From positions 43,255 through 107,254 of the forward strand of contig CAVGNZ010000051.1 of NCBI GenBank assembly GCA_963630805.1: a stretch of DNA of 64,000 bases. Direction: 5' to 3'. The translations under genes were made by a program, and so were the position numbers. Below the pieces are notes generated by a model. The model was not told the origin of the DNA. It was given only the letters and a program-made list of their open reading frames with translations, and made no database searches. Below, piece after piece: positions 37,456 through 45,498 of the stretch. The stretch is from Bacteroidaceae bacterium (GTDB taxonomy: Bacteria; Actinomycetota; Coriobacteriia; Coriobacteriales; Coriobacteriaceae). How positions within the stretch are numbered: the stretch's first letter is position 1; every line of letters begins with the position of its first letter.

Positions 37456-39792
37456 ATGGAAGCTCTCGAGAAAAACGAACTGACAGAGGTCGCCCGGCTG
37501 GTAGAGGTCACGAGCGATGCCGTGGCCGTGTGCGGGGCCGAGGGTACCATCCTGCATGCCAACCGCCAGATGCTCTCGCTTGCCGCCCTTGCGCGCGAGC
37601 AGCTCGTGGGCGCCGACATCAAGGATTACCTGTACAGCAAGAGCTTTGAACGCGCCGAGCACCACCAGATGCCCTTTACGCTCGATGCAAAAGACTGCGA
37701 CCTGATGTTCAAACTCGCCGACGGCTCCTTTGTGCCGGTGCGCGTGCGCGCGATCGAACTTGAGCGCGGCGTTCTGGGGCGGGAGGAAAAGGCCCGTGGC
37801 AAGATCCTCGTGGTGCTTCGCAGCCTGGAGGAGCAGTCGGCCTACGACCGGCAGACCCAGCGCCTGCTCTCGGAGCTTCAGGCGGCCAATAAGCGCCTTT
37901 CCGGTACCCTCTCGGTCATCATGTCAGCTGTGGGCTCCAAAGACCTGCCTGCGCTGCTCGACACCGTTCTCAACAAGCTGGCAGATGCCCTTTCTGCAGA
38001 CGGGGCCTCCATCTACGTTGCCGAGAACGGCGGATTCAAGCTCCGCGGCTTTTCCAAGGGTCTGGCCAACTGCTATGTCCCGGACTTTATTCCATACGGT
38101 ACGGGCGTGCCCACCTACGTTTTGCGCCGCTCGTGCGCCTGCCGTTTCCACATCGTTCCCGCTGCACCCGATGCGGCTGATGAGAGCCCGGCCGCCGGCG
38201 CCTTTTACGATATGGACGCGCGCTGCACGACGCGCTTGAGCACAGAGACCATGCCGCCATTCAGGACGATGATCGCTGTGCCCGTGTTCTTTGGCACCCA
38301 GGTGCTGGGCGTGATCGAGCTGGGTTGGATGCGCCCGAGCTTTCCGCGCGAGTACGACATGCGCGTGCTCGAGGTGGTGGGCGACTATCTCTCCATCGAG
38401 CTGGTGGGCCTGGCCAACAGCATGCGCTCGCGTCGCTCCGACGAACTCTCGCGCTCGCTCAATCGCGTGCGCGACGTCGCCTACACCAACGGCGAGCGCT
38501 GGCAGGCGACGTGGGCCCAGGCGACATCCGAGATGGTGCGCGTCTTGGGTTGTCGCCTCTGCCCGATCCTGCCCGACCGCCTGCACGGCGGCTACGTTCT
38601 CGATTACGAGGGCGGAAGCCAGGTGGCGCTTCCTGGCAGCCTGGAGGAGCTCTTCTTCGCCACGACGGCGCCTGTAGCGCGCGTGAACCCCATGGCGCAG
38701 GTGGATGCGCGCATTCGCCACGAGTCCTGGACCTACACCGCGGAGGACCTGATCGATGCCCGCGTGACGCGCATCGACGCCGCCTCGCGCGCGAGCCGCT
38801 GGCTGGCGCTGCACGGCCTGCCGAGCCAGGGCGTGTTCTTTGACGCGGGACCCGGGTTCGACTTGGACTCGTCCGCCGATTGCGAGGACGGGCCGCAGTC
38901 TGCCGAGGGCGCATCAATCGTGCGCCGCGAGGAGCCTCCTCGTCGCATGTTCCTGCTGCTTCGCGACGCCTCATCCGAGCCTATCGACGACCTTGAGTAC
39001 GACTACCTGGTGCATCTCGCGCACGATCTGGAGATGTACACCCAGGGTGTGCGCCAGAAGAGCTCCGAGCACCGCATTGCCCAGACCCTGCAGGCGGGTA
39101 TGCGCAGCGCCCTTGGCCGGGTGCCGGGCATCACGTCCGACTGCCTGTACTCGTCTGCCACCAAGCAGGCGCTCGTGGGCGGAGACTTCTACACGCTGAT
39201 CCGTCTGCCGGACGACTGCGCCGTCATGATCTTGGGCGACGTCTCGGGCAAGGGCGTGGAGGCGGCCTCGATGTCCGCACTCGTCAAGACCGCGCTTTCT
39301 GCCTATGCGTGGGAGGGTGCGAGCCCGCAGCGCATGGTGCGCGCGCTCAACAGCATGCTCATGGGCTTCTCGCGCGTGGAGACCTTCGCCACCATGTTCG
39401 TGGCCAAGCTCGATCTGCGCTGGGGCCGCGCCACGTACTGCTCGGCGGGGCACCCGCCCTCGATGCTCGTGCACCAGGGCGGGGAGGTCGAGCTGCTGAG
39501 CACGCAGTCCGGCGTGGTGGGCGCCTTTGAGTCCATGTCTTACCGCAGCGGCTCCTTTGCCTTTATGCCGGGGGACATCCTCTTCATGTACACCGACGGT
39601 GCCATCGAGGCACGCAGTCCTTCCGGCGACTTTTTTGGCGAGCAGCGCCTGCGCGACACGCTCCTGCGCGTGTCCCCGCAGGGGATCGACGGCCTGTGCG
39701 ACCGCGTACTGACCGAGCTGGACGGCTTTACCGCCTCGGCCCTGGACGATGACGTGGCCATGGTAGCCCTGCGCTTTGACGGGGATGATTAA
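37456..39792 (+). CDS. PAS-GAF-PP2C (SpoIIE/RsbU-type) protein serine phosphatase
   Basis: PAS-like N-terminus (AVAVCGAEGTILHANRQMLSL), GAF-like middle (LLDTVLNKLADALSADGASIYVAENGGFKL) and C-terminal SpoIIE motifs GGDFYTLI, ILGDVSGKGVEAA and LFMYTDGAIEA. Confidence 0.85.
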   Translation: MEALEKNELTEVARLVEVTSDAVAVCGAEGTILHANRQMLSLAALAREQLVGADIKDYLYSKSFERAEHHQMPFTLDAKDCDLMFKLADGSFVPVRVRAIELERGVLGREEKARGKILVVLRSLEEQSAYDRQTQRLLSELQAANKRLSGTLSVIMSAVGSKDLPALLDTVLNKLADALSADGASIYVAENGGFKLRGFSKGLANCYVPDFIPYGTGVPTYVLRRSCACRFHIVPAAPDAADESPAAGAFYDMDARCTTRLSTETMPPFRTMIAVPVFFGTQVLGVIELGWMRPSFPREYDMRVLEVVGDYLSIELVGLANSMRSRRSDELSRSLNRVRDVAYTNGERWQATWAQATSEMVRVLGCRLCPILPDRLHGGYVLDYEGGSQVALPGSLEELFFATTAPVARVNPMAQVDARIRHESWTYTAEDLIDARVTRIDAASRASRWLALHGLPSQGVFFDAGPGFDLDSSADCEDGPQSAEGASIVRREEPPRRMFLLLRDASSEPIDDLEYDYLVHLAHDLEMYTQGVRQKSSEHRIAQTLQAGMRSALGRVPGITSDCLYSSATKQALVGGDFYTLIRLPDDCAVMILGDVSGKGVEAASMSALVKTALSAYAWEGASPQRMVRALNSMLMGFSRVETFATMFVAKLDLRWGRATYCSAGHPPSMLVHQGGEVELLSTQSGVVGAFESMSYRSGSFAFMPGDILFMYTDGAIEARSPSGDFFGEQRLRDTLLRVSPQGIDGLCDRVLTELDGFTASALDDDVAMVALRFDGDD

Positions 39793-39821
39793 CCCGTGTG
39801 CCGCGGGGGAACCATAGGGGC

Positions 39822-40547
39822 ATGAGTGAGTGGAACGACATAGCGGTCCTGGCGCCCACGGGCGACATCGACATCTCGACGGTGCCGGCCCTGCGCAGCC
39901 GGATCGACTCGCTTCGCCGTGGCGGTGTGCGCCGTATCATCATCAACTGCGACGGTGTCTCCTTTATCGATTCCACCGGCGTGGCGTTTCTGCTCAGCTG
40001 CGCGCGCGAGCTCTTTGCCGCGCACGGGCTGCTCTCCATGGTGGACGTCTCGCCGAACGTCATGCGCTTTTTGCAGATCGCCTGCTTGGCAGACCCGCTG
40101 CATGCCACCTCTTCCGAGCGTCTTCCCGTACCCGTTCTCGCTCCCGGGGCGAGCCCCAAGTGGAGTAAGAGCTTTGCGGTGGCCGAGGGCATCGAGCACC
40201 TGGCGGGCTACCGTCATCGTGTGGCCGAGCTCCTGACCGATCTTCCCATGGAGGAGAACGACCGGTACGACTGCGCCCTTGCGGTAGGGGAGGCCCTGGG
40301 TAACGCCTACGACCACGCCGACGGTGCGCGCGGCTGCACCTGCACCCTTTCTGCCTATGAGGACCGCGTGGTGTGCGTGCTGCGCGACTGCGGAGAGGGC
40401 TACGAGCTTGCCGACGACGAGGCCCCGGAGGTCTCGGAGGCGCGCGGGCGCGGCATTCGCCTGATGCGCATGCTGGTGGACAGCGTGGAGATCAAGCGGC
40501 GGCAGGACCGTTGCGGTACCGTGGTGCGCCTGGTGAAGCTCTTCTAG
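39822..40547 (+). CDS. Fusion protein: N-terminal STAS (anti-sigma-factor antagonist) plus C-terminal HATPase_c anti-sigma-type Ser kinase (RsbV-RsbW-like in one chain)
   Basis: STAS region GVSFIDSTGVAFLLS, with the conserved phospho-acceptor Ser51 codon at 39972-39974. Kinase N-box GEALGNAYDH, G1 RDCGEGY and G2 GRGIRLM. ATG at 39822 follows AGGGG. Confidence 0.8.
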   Translation: MSEWNDIAVLAPTGDIDISTVPALRSRIDSLRRGGVRRIIINCDGVSFIDSTGVAFLLSCARELFAAHGLLSMVDVSPNVMRFLQIACLADPLHATSSERLPVPVLAPGASPKWSKSFAVAEGIEHLAGYRHRVAELLTDLPMEENDRYDCALAVGEALGNAYDHADGARGCTCTLSAYEDRVVCVLRDCGEGYELADDEAPEVSEARGRGIRLMRMLVDSVEIKRRQDRCGTVVRLVKLF

Positions 40548-40580
40548 CGCTTGTGTAGGGGCGGGCAAAAAACAATCAGG

Positions 40581-40609
40581 CCGTCTACCTGCGCAGACAT
40601 TGTTATGCT
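40581..40609 (+). promoter_or_regulatory. Candidate promoter of the tRNA cluster (ccGTCTACCTGCG motif, 17-nt spacing to TATGCT)
   Basis: ccgtct at 40581-40586, a 17-nt spacer, then tatgct at 40604-40609. An A-run lies upstream, and tRNA-Gly starts 63 nt downstream. Confidence 0.35.
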
Positions 40610-40671
40610 CCACTTTTTTAGAAAAAACGGTTGCGCGGTGCCGGCGATTCGCGTATATTACTTTCTCGCAA

Positions 40672-40747
40672 GCGGACATGGCTCAGTTGGTAGAGCACAA
40701 CCTTGCCAAGGTTGGGGTCGCGGGTTCGAGCCCCGTTGTCCGCTCCA
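40672..40747 (+). tRNA. tRNA-Gly (anticodon GCC), CCA encoded
   Basis: Acceptor gcggaca / tgtccgc, anticodon loop ttGCCaa, T-loop ttcgagc. Confidence 0.95.
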
Positions 40748-40787
40748 TTGCTTGTTAAGGGCCGGTTTTCAATCGGCCTTTTTCATC

Positions 40788-40861
40788 GGCGAAGTGGCCA
40801 AGTGGTAAGGCAGAGGCCTGCAAAGCCTTTACCCCCGGTTCGAATCCGGGCTTCGCCTCCA
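40788..40861 (+). tRNA. tRNA-Cys (anticodon GCA), CCA encoded
   Basis: Acceptor ggcgaag / cttcgcc, anticodon loop ctGCAaa, T-arm ccggg... ttcgaat. Confidence 0.92.
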
Positions 40862-40913
40862 GAACTTGAGCGGGCGCTCGCAAGGGCGCCCGATTAGAGT
40901 TCTTCTTGCATAT

Positions 40914-40989
40914 GCGGACATGGCTCAGTTGGTAGAGCACAACCTTGCCAAGGTTGGGGTCGCGGGTTCGAGCCCCGTTGTCCGCTCCA
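40914..40989 (+). tRNA. tRNA-Gly (anticodon GCC), identical second copy
   Basis: 76/76 identical to 40672-40747. Confidence 0.95.
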
Positions 40990-40998
40990 AACGCTTCA

Positions 40999-41032
40999 GG
41001 AGCACGGGAACAAAGCATCCCGTGCTCCTTTT
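40999..41032 (+). terminator. Intrinsic terminator after the tRNA cluster
   Basis: Stem ggagcacggg / cccgtgctcc with a 10-nt loop, followed by tttt. Confidence 0.8.
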
Positions 41033-41163
41033 CTGTTATGGGCCGGGGCTCGAACCCGAGAGGGCGCGAGCGTTAAGCAAACACAGAGCGTTTGCAGTGA
41101 GCGGGCGAGATCGGCGGCAGCCGATCGAAGCCGGTGCGCGTTCGTGAAGCGAAGGCGCAGACG

Positions 41164-41225
41164 CCCCGCATGTCCGCTCCAAATGCTTCAGGGGCACGGG
41201 AACAAAGCATCCCGTGCTCCTTTCT
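41164..41225 (+). repeat. Duplicated copy of the tRNA-Gly 3' end plus its downstream terminator hairpin
   Basis: 41171-41225 is tgtccgctccaaatgcttcaggggcacgggaacaaagcatcccgtgctcctttct. 40979-41034 is tgtccgctccaaacgcttcaggagcacgggaacaaagcatcccgtgctccttttct. They differ by 2 substitutions and 1 T. Confidence 0.85.
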
Positions 41226-41285
41226 ATTGCGGGCCCGGCGTACACTTGATAAAGCAAGAGAGTTGATCTGCAGAAGGGAAGGCCC

Positions 41286-41942
41286 ATGGGGGAGCGCAGG
41301 TTCGATGCCGTCATCTTCGATATGGACGGCGTGCTTATCGATTCCGAATATTTCTATCTGCAGGAGCTGCGCTGCTATGCCACCGATATGGGTTTTGATG
41401 TTCCCGAAGAGGTGCTGGTGGCGCAGGTGGGTCAGTCTGCCCAGAGCTTCGAGCGTCTCCTGCACGGCTGGTGGCGCGCGGCTGGCAAAGGGCTGTCGCC
41501 TCAGGAGGCCGTGCGCACCTATCTTGATTGGGCCGAATCGCGCCCGCGTGACTACCGGGGCATGCTCTTTGAGGGTGCTGCCGAGACGGTTCGCAAGCTT
41601 GCCGGCGCGGGGGTGCGCGTGGCCCTCGCCTCGAGCTCGCCCATGGTGAACATCCAACACGTGCTCAGCGTCTGCGACCTTGACGACGCATTCGAGATCG
41701 TCGTCTCGGGCGAGCAGTTCGCGGAGAGCAAGCCCGAGCCCGATATCTACCTGTATGCCATCGACCAGCTGGGTCTGCCCGCTGAGCGCTGCTGCTGCGT
41801 GGAGGACTCCGTTCCGGGTATCACCGCCGGCAAGCGTGCCGGCCTCTACGTGATTGCGCGCCGCGAGGAGCGCTTCGGCTTCTCTCAAGACGCCGCGGAC
41901 GCCTTTGTGGACACCCTGCCCGAGGTCCTTGAGCTTGTGTGA
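41286..41942 (+). CDS. HAD-IA family hydrolase (beta-phosphoglucomutase-like phosphatase)
   Basis: Motif I VIFDMDGVLIDSE, motif II ALASSS and motif IV CCVEDSVPGITAGKRAG. Confidence 0.85.
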   Translation: MGERRFDAVIFDMDGVLIDSEYFYLQELRCYATDMGFDVPEEVLVAQVGQSAQSFERLLHGWWRAAGKGLSPQEAVRTYLDWAESRPRDYRGMLFEGAAETVRKLAGAGVRVALASSSPMVNIQHVLSVCDLDDAFEIVVSGEQFAESKPEPDIYLYAIDQLGLPAERCCCVEDSVPGITAGKRAGLYVIARREERFGFSQDAADAFVDTLPEVLELV

Positions 41943-42055
41943 TGCTGCGATTATGGCGCCCCCGGGCCCCTGTTCTAAATTTTTCAAAATAGGGGCTTGC
42001 ATGAGCCTGCAGTCTTGGTTATATTATTCCTCGCGCTGAAAGGCGCACCCTGAAC

Positions 42056-42130
42056 GGGCGTTTAGCTCAGGGGGAGAGCGCTTCCCTGACACGGAAGAGG
42101 TCATAAGTTCAAATCTTATAACGCCCACCA
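42056..42130 (+). tRNA. tRNA-Val (anticodon GAC), CCA encoded
   Basis: Acceptor gggcgtt / aacgccc, anticodon stem cttcc/ggaag with loop ctGACac. Confidence 0.92.
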
Positions 42131-42137
42131 ACTGTTC

Positions 42138-42169
42138 ACAGGCCAGAGCATCGTCTCTGGCCTGTTTTT
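42138..42169 (+). terminator. Intrinsic terminator after tRNA-Val
   Basis: Stem acaggccagag / ctctggcctgt, followed by ttttt. Confidence 0.8.
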
Positions 42170-42264
42170 GTTTACCCCTCTTATCCGCTTATCGATGCGT
42201 GCCGCAATGCGCTCAGCGCGCCCCATACAATAGCGTGTGTGTGGAACTGTCGATGGGGGACGAT

Positions 42265-42882
42265 ATGGCGGAGTTCAAAGAAGAGGGCGCCCCGGCGAGC
42301 GTGCTCGATCGTATCGAGGACGCCGTGTTCGAGCTGATGAAGACCAAGCCGATCCCCGCTATCAAGACCGTTGAGGTCATTCGCCTGGCACGCACCTCCA
42401 AGTCGACCTTCTACCGCTATTTCAAAAGCGTCGACGATGTGGTCAAGCGTTTTGAGGACAAGCTGCTCCACAACATGCAGGGCATCAACGACGTCGCCCT
42501 CGAGGCACGCTTTGCCGACTCGCAGCTCGATCCCACGCCCACGATGATTCGTCGCATGGAGGTCCTGCGCCAGAACCGCGAGAAGGTCTTGGCGCTCAAC
42601 AGCCCTAACGGGGACCCGACCTTTTCGCACAAGGCCACGGTTTTCATGCACGACTACTTCCGTGACCGCTTGCGCGGCACGTTCTCGGACGAGACGAACT
42701 TCGACCTGTATCTCGCCTTCGCCCTGGCCGGGCACAATAACCTGATTCAGTACTGGCTTGAGGTCCGGCCCGATATCGAGCCGCGTATCCTTGCCGCGGC
42801 CCTTAACCGCCTGTTCTTCTCTCCTCTGTTTGTGGACGAGACGGCGCGCCACTGGCATCCGCATATTCCCGATTTCGAATAG
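42265..42882 (+). CDS. TetR/AcrR-family transcriptional regulator
   Basis: N-terminal HTH IKTVEVIRLARTSKSTFYRYFKSVDDVV. ATG at 42265 follows GGGGGA (alternative ATG at 42253). Confidence 0.8.
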   Translation: MAEFKEEGAPASVLDRIEDAVFELMKTKPIPAIKTVEVIRLARTSKSTFYRYFKSVDDVVKRFEDKLLHNMQGINDVALEARFADSQLDPTPTMIRRMEVLRQNREKVLALNSPNGDPTFSHKATVFMHDYFRDRLRGTFSDETNFDLYLAFALAGHNNLIQYWLEVRPDIEPRILAAALNRLFFSPLFVDETARHWHPHIPDFE

Positions 42883-43208
42883 GTTTCCAAACCCGCGTTT
42901 TGAGGCGGGCGGTTCCGTTTGCAAGGTGAACGGTGTTCGACATTGCCGCAAACGGAGGGTTTTTGCATAAAACAAGCCTCTGAGATACAGCGTTTTACCT
43001 GTGGATTGGAACGAAATCATAAAAACAGTCCCAATCGGTGGGACTCTAAACGCAAAAGCGTCCCACGGGGGCGTTTGCGCGTTTCTTAAACTGAAGTCAC
43101 GTTCAGAAGAACCACTGCAGTAGTTCAACGTATGGCAGCAATAAAAAAGCCGAGAGCGCTCTTCCACCTTCGCTCCCGGCCGCCTTTGCGCTGCCATTCC
43201 GCAAACCT

Positions 43209-43227
43209 TCACATGATTAGGATGTGA
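43209..43227. promoter_or_regulatory. Palindrome TCACAT-N7-ATGTGA upstream of the thiolase-like gene (candidate TetR operator)
   Basis: tcacatgattaggatgtga, 28 nt upstream of the ATG at 43255, at the end of an AT-rich 370-bp intergenic region. Confidence 0.3.
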
Positions 43228-43254
43228 TCATCAGTGGTTACGCTCGGAAAGAAC

Positions 43255-44520
43255 ATGCGCAGCGTCTCGATTGTAGGCGTTGGCTGCACCCCGTTCAAGG
43301 ATTTTGAGGAGCACCCTGAGACCCAGGGCATCGGCGAAGGCGAGGCCTTTGGCTACGCGGCCCTTGAGGCCATCGCGGACGCCGGCCTTGAGCCGCGCGA
43401 CGTCGATTTCTACTATCACGGCTCCGCTAACCCTTACCTCATCAACGACTGCATCACCCCGAATATGCAGGTTGCCGACTGGTTCGGCATGCGCGCCAAG
43501 GCTTCGGTGCACCACTCCGAGGCATGCTGCACGGGCTATGTGGCGCTTGAGCAGGCCGTGATGGCCGTTGCTTCCGGCACGTACGACACGGTGCTCTCCG
43601 GCGCCGTCGACCTTGCCGCCACGCTGCCGGTCGAGCACATGCCCTCCCATATTCGCCAGGACTTCCCGCTTTCCGTCATGCTGCCGTCGCTCGACAAGAT
43701 TTACGACCGCGCGTACGGTCGCCCGCTCGACGGCGCCTTTGGCATCAGCTTCGACAACTGGATCAACGAGTACTCCATGCAGTACGACCTTTCTGTCGAC
43801 CAGATCGACGACGCGCTGAACGGCCTCACCAAGAGCCTGCGCCGCGGCGCCGTGCTGAATCCGCTCGGCTGGTACGAGACCACGATCGAGGAGGACGCCA
43901 AGGCGGCCGGCTTCGATTCTGCCGACGAGTTCCTCAAGAGCATGTACAACCCCCGCGTGACCCAGTACCTGCGCGTCACCGGTTTCGAGAAGAAGTGCGA
44001 CGGCGCCGCCGCCATGGTCGTCATGGCGACCGACAAGGCGCGTGCCCTGGGCCTGCCGCACACCCCGATCGAGGTGCTCGGCACGGGTGCCTCCGCCGTC
44101 GAGGCCGGCCTTGTGCACAACGAGCACTGGGGCACGAGCATCGCGGCCAAGCAGGTCTATGAGCTCACCGGTGTCAGCCCCGACGAGATCGACCTCTTTA
44201 TGTGCAACGACTTCTTCCTGGCGTCCGAGATCGTTTCGGCCGAGGAGTGCGGCTACATCCCGCGCGGCGAGGCCTGGAAGTACGCCATCGAGGGACGTAC
44301 CGCGTTCGATGGCGACAAGCCCATCAACCCGCACGGCGGCCGCTGCAACTTCGGCCATGCCCACGGCGCTTCGGGTATCGCCGATATCGTCGAGGCCGTC
44401 AAGCAGATGCGCGGCGAGGCCGGTGCCACCCAGCTGAAGAAGGTTCCCGAGACCACCTTCCTGCGCGGCTTCGGCGGAAGCCAGAACGTGCGCTGCCAGA
44501 TCCTGCGCACCCTTGCGTAA
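43255..44520 (+). CDS. Thiolase-like protein (SCP-x/DUF35-associated thiolase type)
   Basis: VSIVGVGCTPF, nucleophile context HHSEACCTGYVALEQA and C-terminal NPHGGRCNFGHAHGASG. Confidence 0.85.
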   Translation: MRSVSIVGVGCTPFKDFEEHPETQGIGEGEAFGYAALEAIADAGLEPRDVDFYYHGSANPYLINDCITPNMQVADWFGMRAKASVHHSEACCTGYVALEQAVMAVASGTYDTVLSGAVDLAATLPVEHMPSHIRQDFPLSVMLPSLDKIYDRAYGRPLDGAFGISFDNWINEYSMQYDLSVDQIDDALNGLTKSLRRGAVLNPLGWYETTIEEDAKAAGFDSADEFLKSMYNPRVTQYLRVTGFEKKCDGAAAMVVMATDKARALGLPHTPIEVLGTGASAVEAGLVHNEHWGTSIAAKQVYELTGVSPDEIDLFMCNDFFLASEIVSAEECGYIPRGEAWKYAIEGRTAFDGDKPINPHGGRCNFGHAHGASGIADIVEAVKQMRGEAGATQLKKVPETTFLRGFGGSQNVRCQILRTLA

Positions 44521-44552
44521 CACCACGAACTCGACTTTGAAGGAGTAATCTC

Positions 44553-44972
44553 ATGCAACTCAAGGATATGGAGCCCGTGGTCAAGAAGTTCTACGCGGGT
44601 CTTGAAGAAGGCATCTACTGGGGCCGCAAGTGCCCGGAGTGCGGAACCGTGGAGTTCCCGCCGCACCTGGCCTGCAACGCCTGTGGCTACCACGCAACCG
44701 AGTGGGTCAAGGTTTCCGGTCACGGTCACCTGCTCGACTTCACCATCCCTGGTCCCCAGAACGACAAGCCCTATCTCAAGGAGCACGGCAAGTACGGCTA
44801 CGGCTCCGTCGAGATCGACGAGGGCGCACAGTACACCTACGTGGTCTACGGCGTCTCCAAGAAGAACGCCCCCGAGATCCGCGCCAAGCTCATGGCGGGC
44901 GAGACCGTCGGCGTCCATGCCAAGGTCATCGATAGGCCGGGGTATAAAGAGCTCACCTTCGAGCTCGACTAG
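44553..44972 (+). CDS. DUF35-family Zn-ribbon/OB-fold protein (thiolase partner)
   Basis: Rubredoxin-like CPECGTVEFPPHLACNACG followed by an OB-fold region. RBS GAAGGAG. Confidence 0.85.
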   Translation: MQLKDMEPVVKKFYAGLEEGIYWGRKCPECGTVEFPPHLACNACGYHATEWVKVSGHGHLLDFTIPGPQNDKPYLKEHGKYGYGSVEIDEGAQYTYVVYGVSKKNAPEIRAKLMAGETVGVHAKVIDRPGYKELTFELD

Positions 44973-45257
44973 CGGCGGCTTTCCCAAGCACCGCATCTTG
45001 GCGCTCAAGCCGTCGCTTGCGCACCTTCGTACGCGGCGCTCCTCTTTCGCACCAACCTGCGGCACTTGGAAAACCCGCGGGGTGACGGAACGTTCGGGCT
45101 TCGGGCTTATCGCTCAAGAGTCTCGAGAGCCTGCGGGCGATGCCACCTCAAATCGTTTTCGATCAACCGATCCTCTTTCTGCTGCGGCGGGCTTTGTCTC
45201 CTGCCCGCCGCGGCCTCATCTCTCTTACCTATTTGAACAACCAGAAAGGAACCAACC

Positions 45258-45494
45258 ATGTCTAACGAAGAGCTCTCTGCGCAGATCTGCGAGTTCGCCA
45301 AGTCCGCTTACGGCTACGAGGGCGAGGTCACGCCCGAGACCACCTTTGAGACTCTCGGCAAGGGCTCGATGAAGATGATCGCGCTCACCTCCATGATCGA
45401 GAACGAGCTCGACGCCGAGGTGCCCGTGCGCGAGGTCATGGTCATGAAGACCGTGAGCGAGCTCATCGAGCGCGCCGCCGAAGAGCTGGAGTAA
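45258..45494 (+). CDS. Stand-alone acyl-carrier-protein-like protein (predicted attachment Ser37)
   Basis: 78 aa. TFETLGKGSMKMIALTSMIENELDAEVPV aligns by eye with the AcpP segment [29 protein letters not shown]. The Ser codon is at 45366-45368. RBS GAAAGGA. Confidence 0.68.
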   Translation: MSNEELSAQICEFAKSAYGYEGEVTPETTFETLGKGSMKMIALTSMIENELDAEVPVREVMVMKTVSELIERAAEELE

Positions 45495-45498
45495 GGCC

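Noticed and set aside
40551-41147. Small ORFs from the track overlapping the tRNA cluster (40551-40808, 40703-40897, 40866-41147)
   Set aside because: They overlap three well-formed tRNA genes and their terminators and have no RBS. They are spurious.
41035-41170. Minus-strand tRNA or tRNA pseudogene suggested by ggggctcgaacccgag
   Set aside because: Only a T-arm-like segment is present. I could not build an acceptor stem, D-arm or anticodon arm around it.
42883-43254. Riboswitch or leader RNA in the long AT-rich region upstream of the thiolase-like gene
   Set aside because: Several small hairpins are present, but nothing matches a riboswitch class I can recognise by eye. It needs an Rfam/Infernal scan. 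Only the TCACAT-N7-ATGTGA palindrome is reported, at low confidence.
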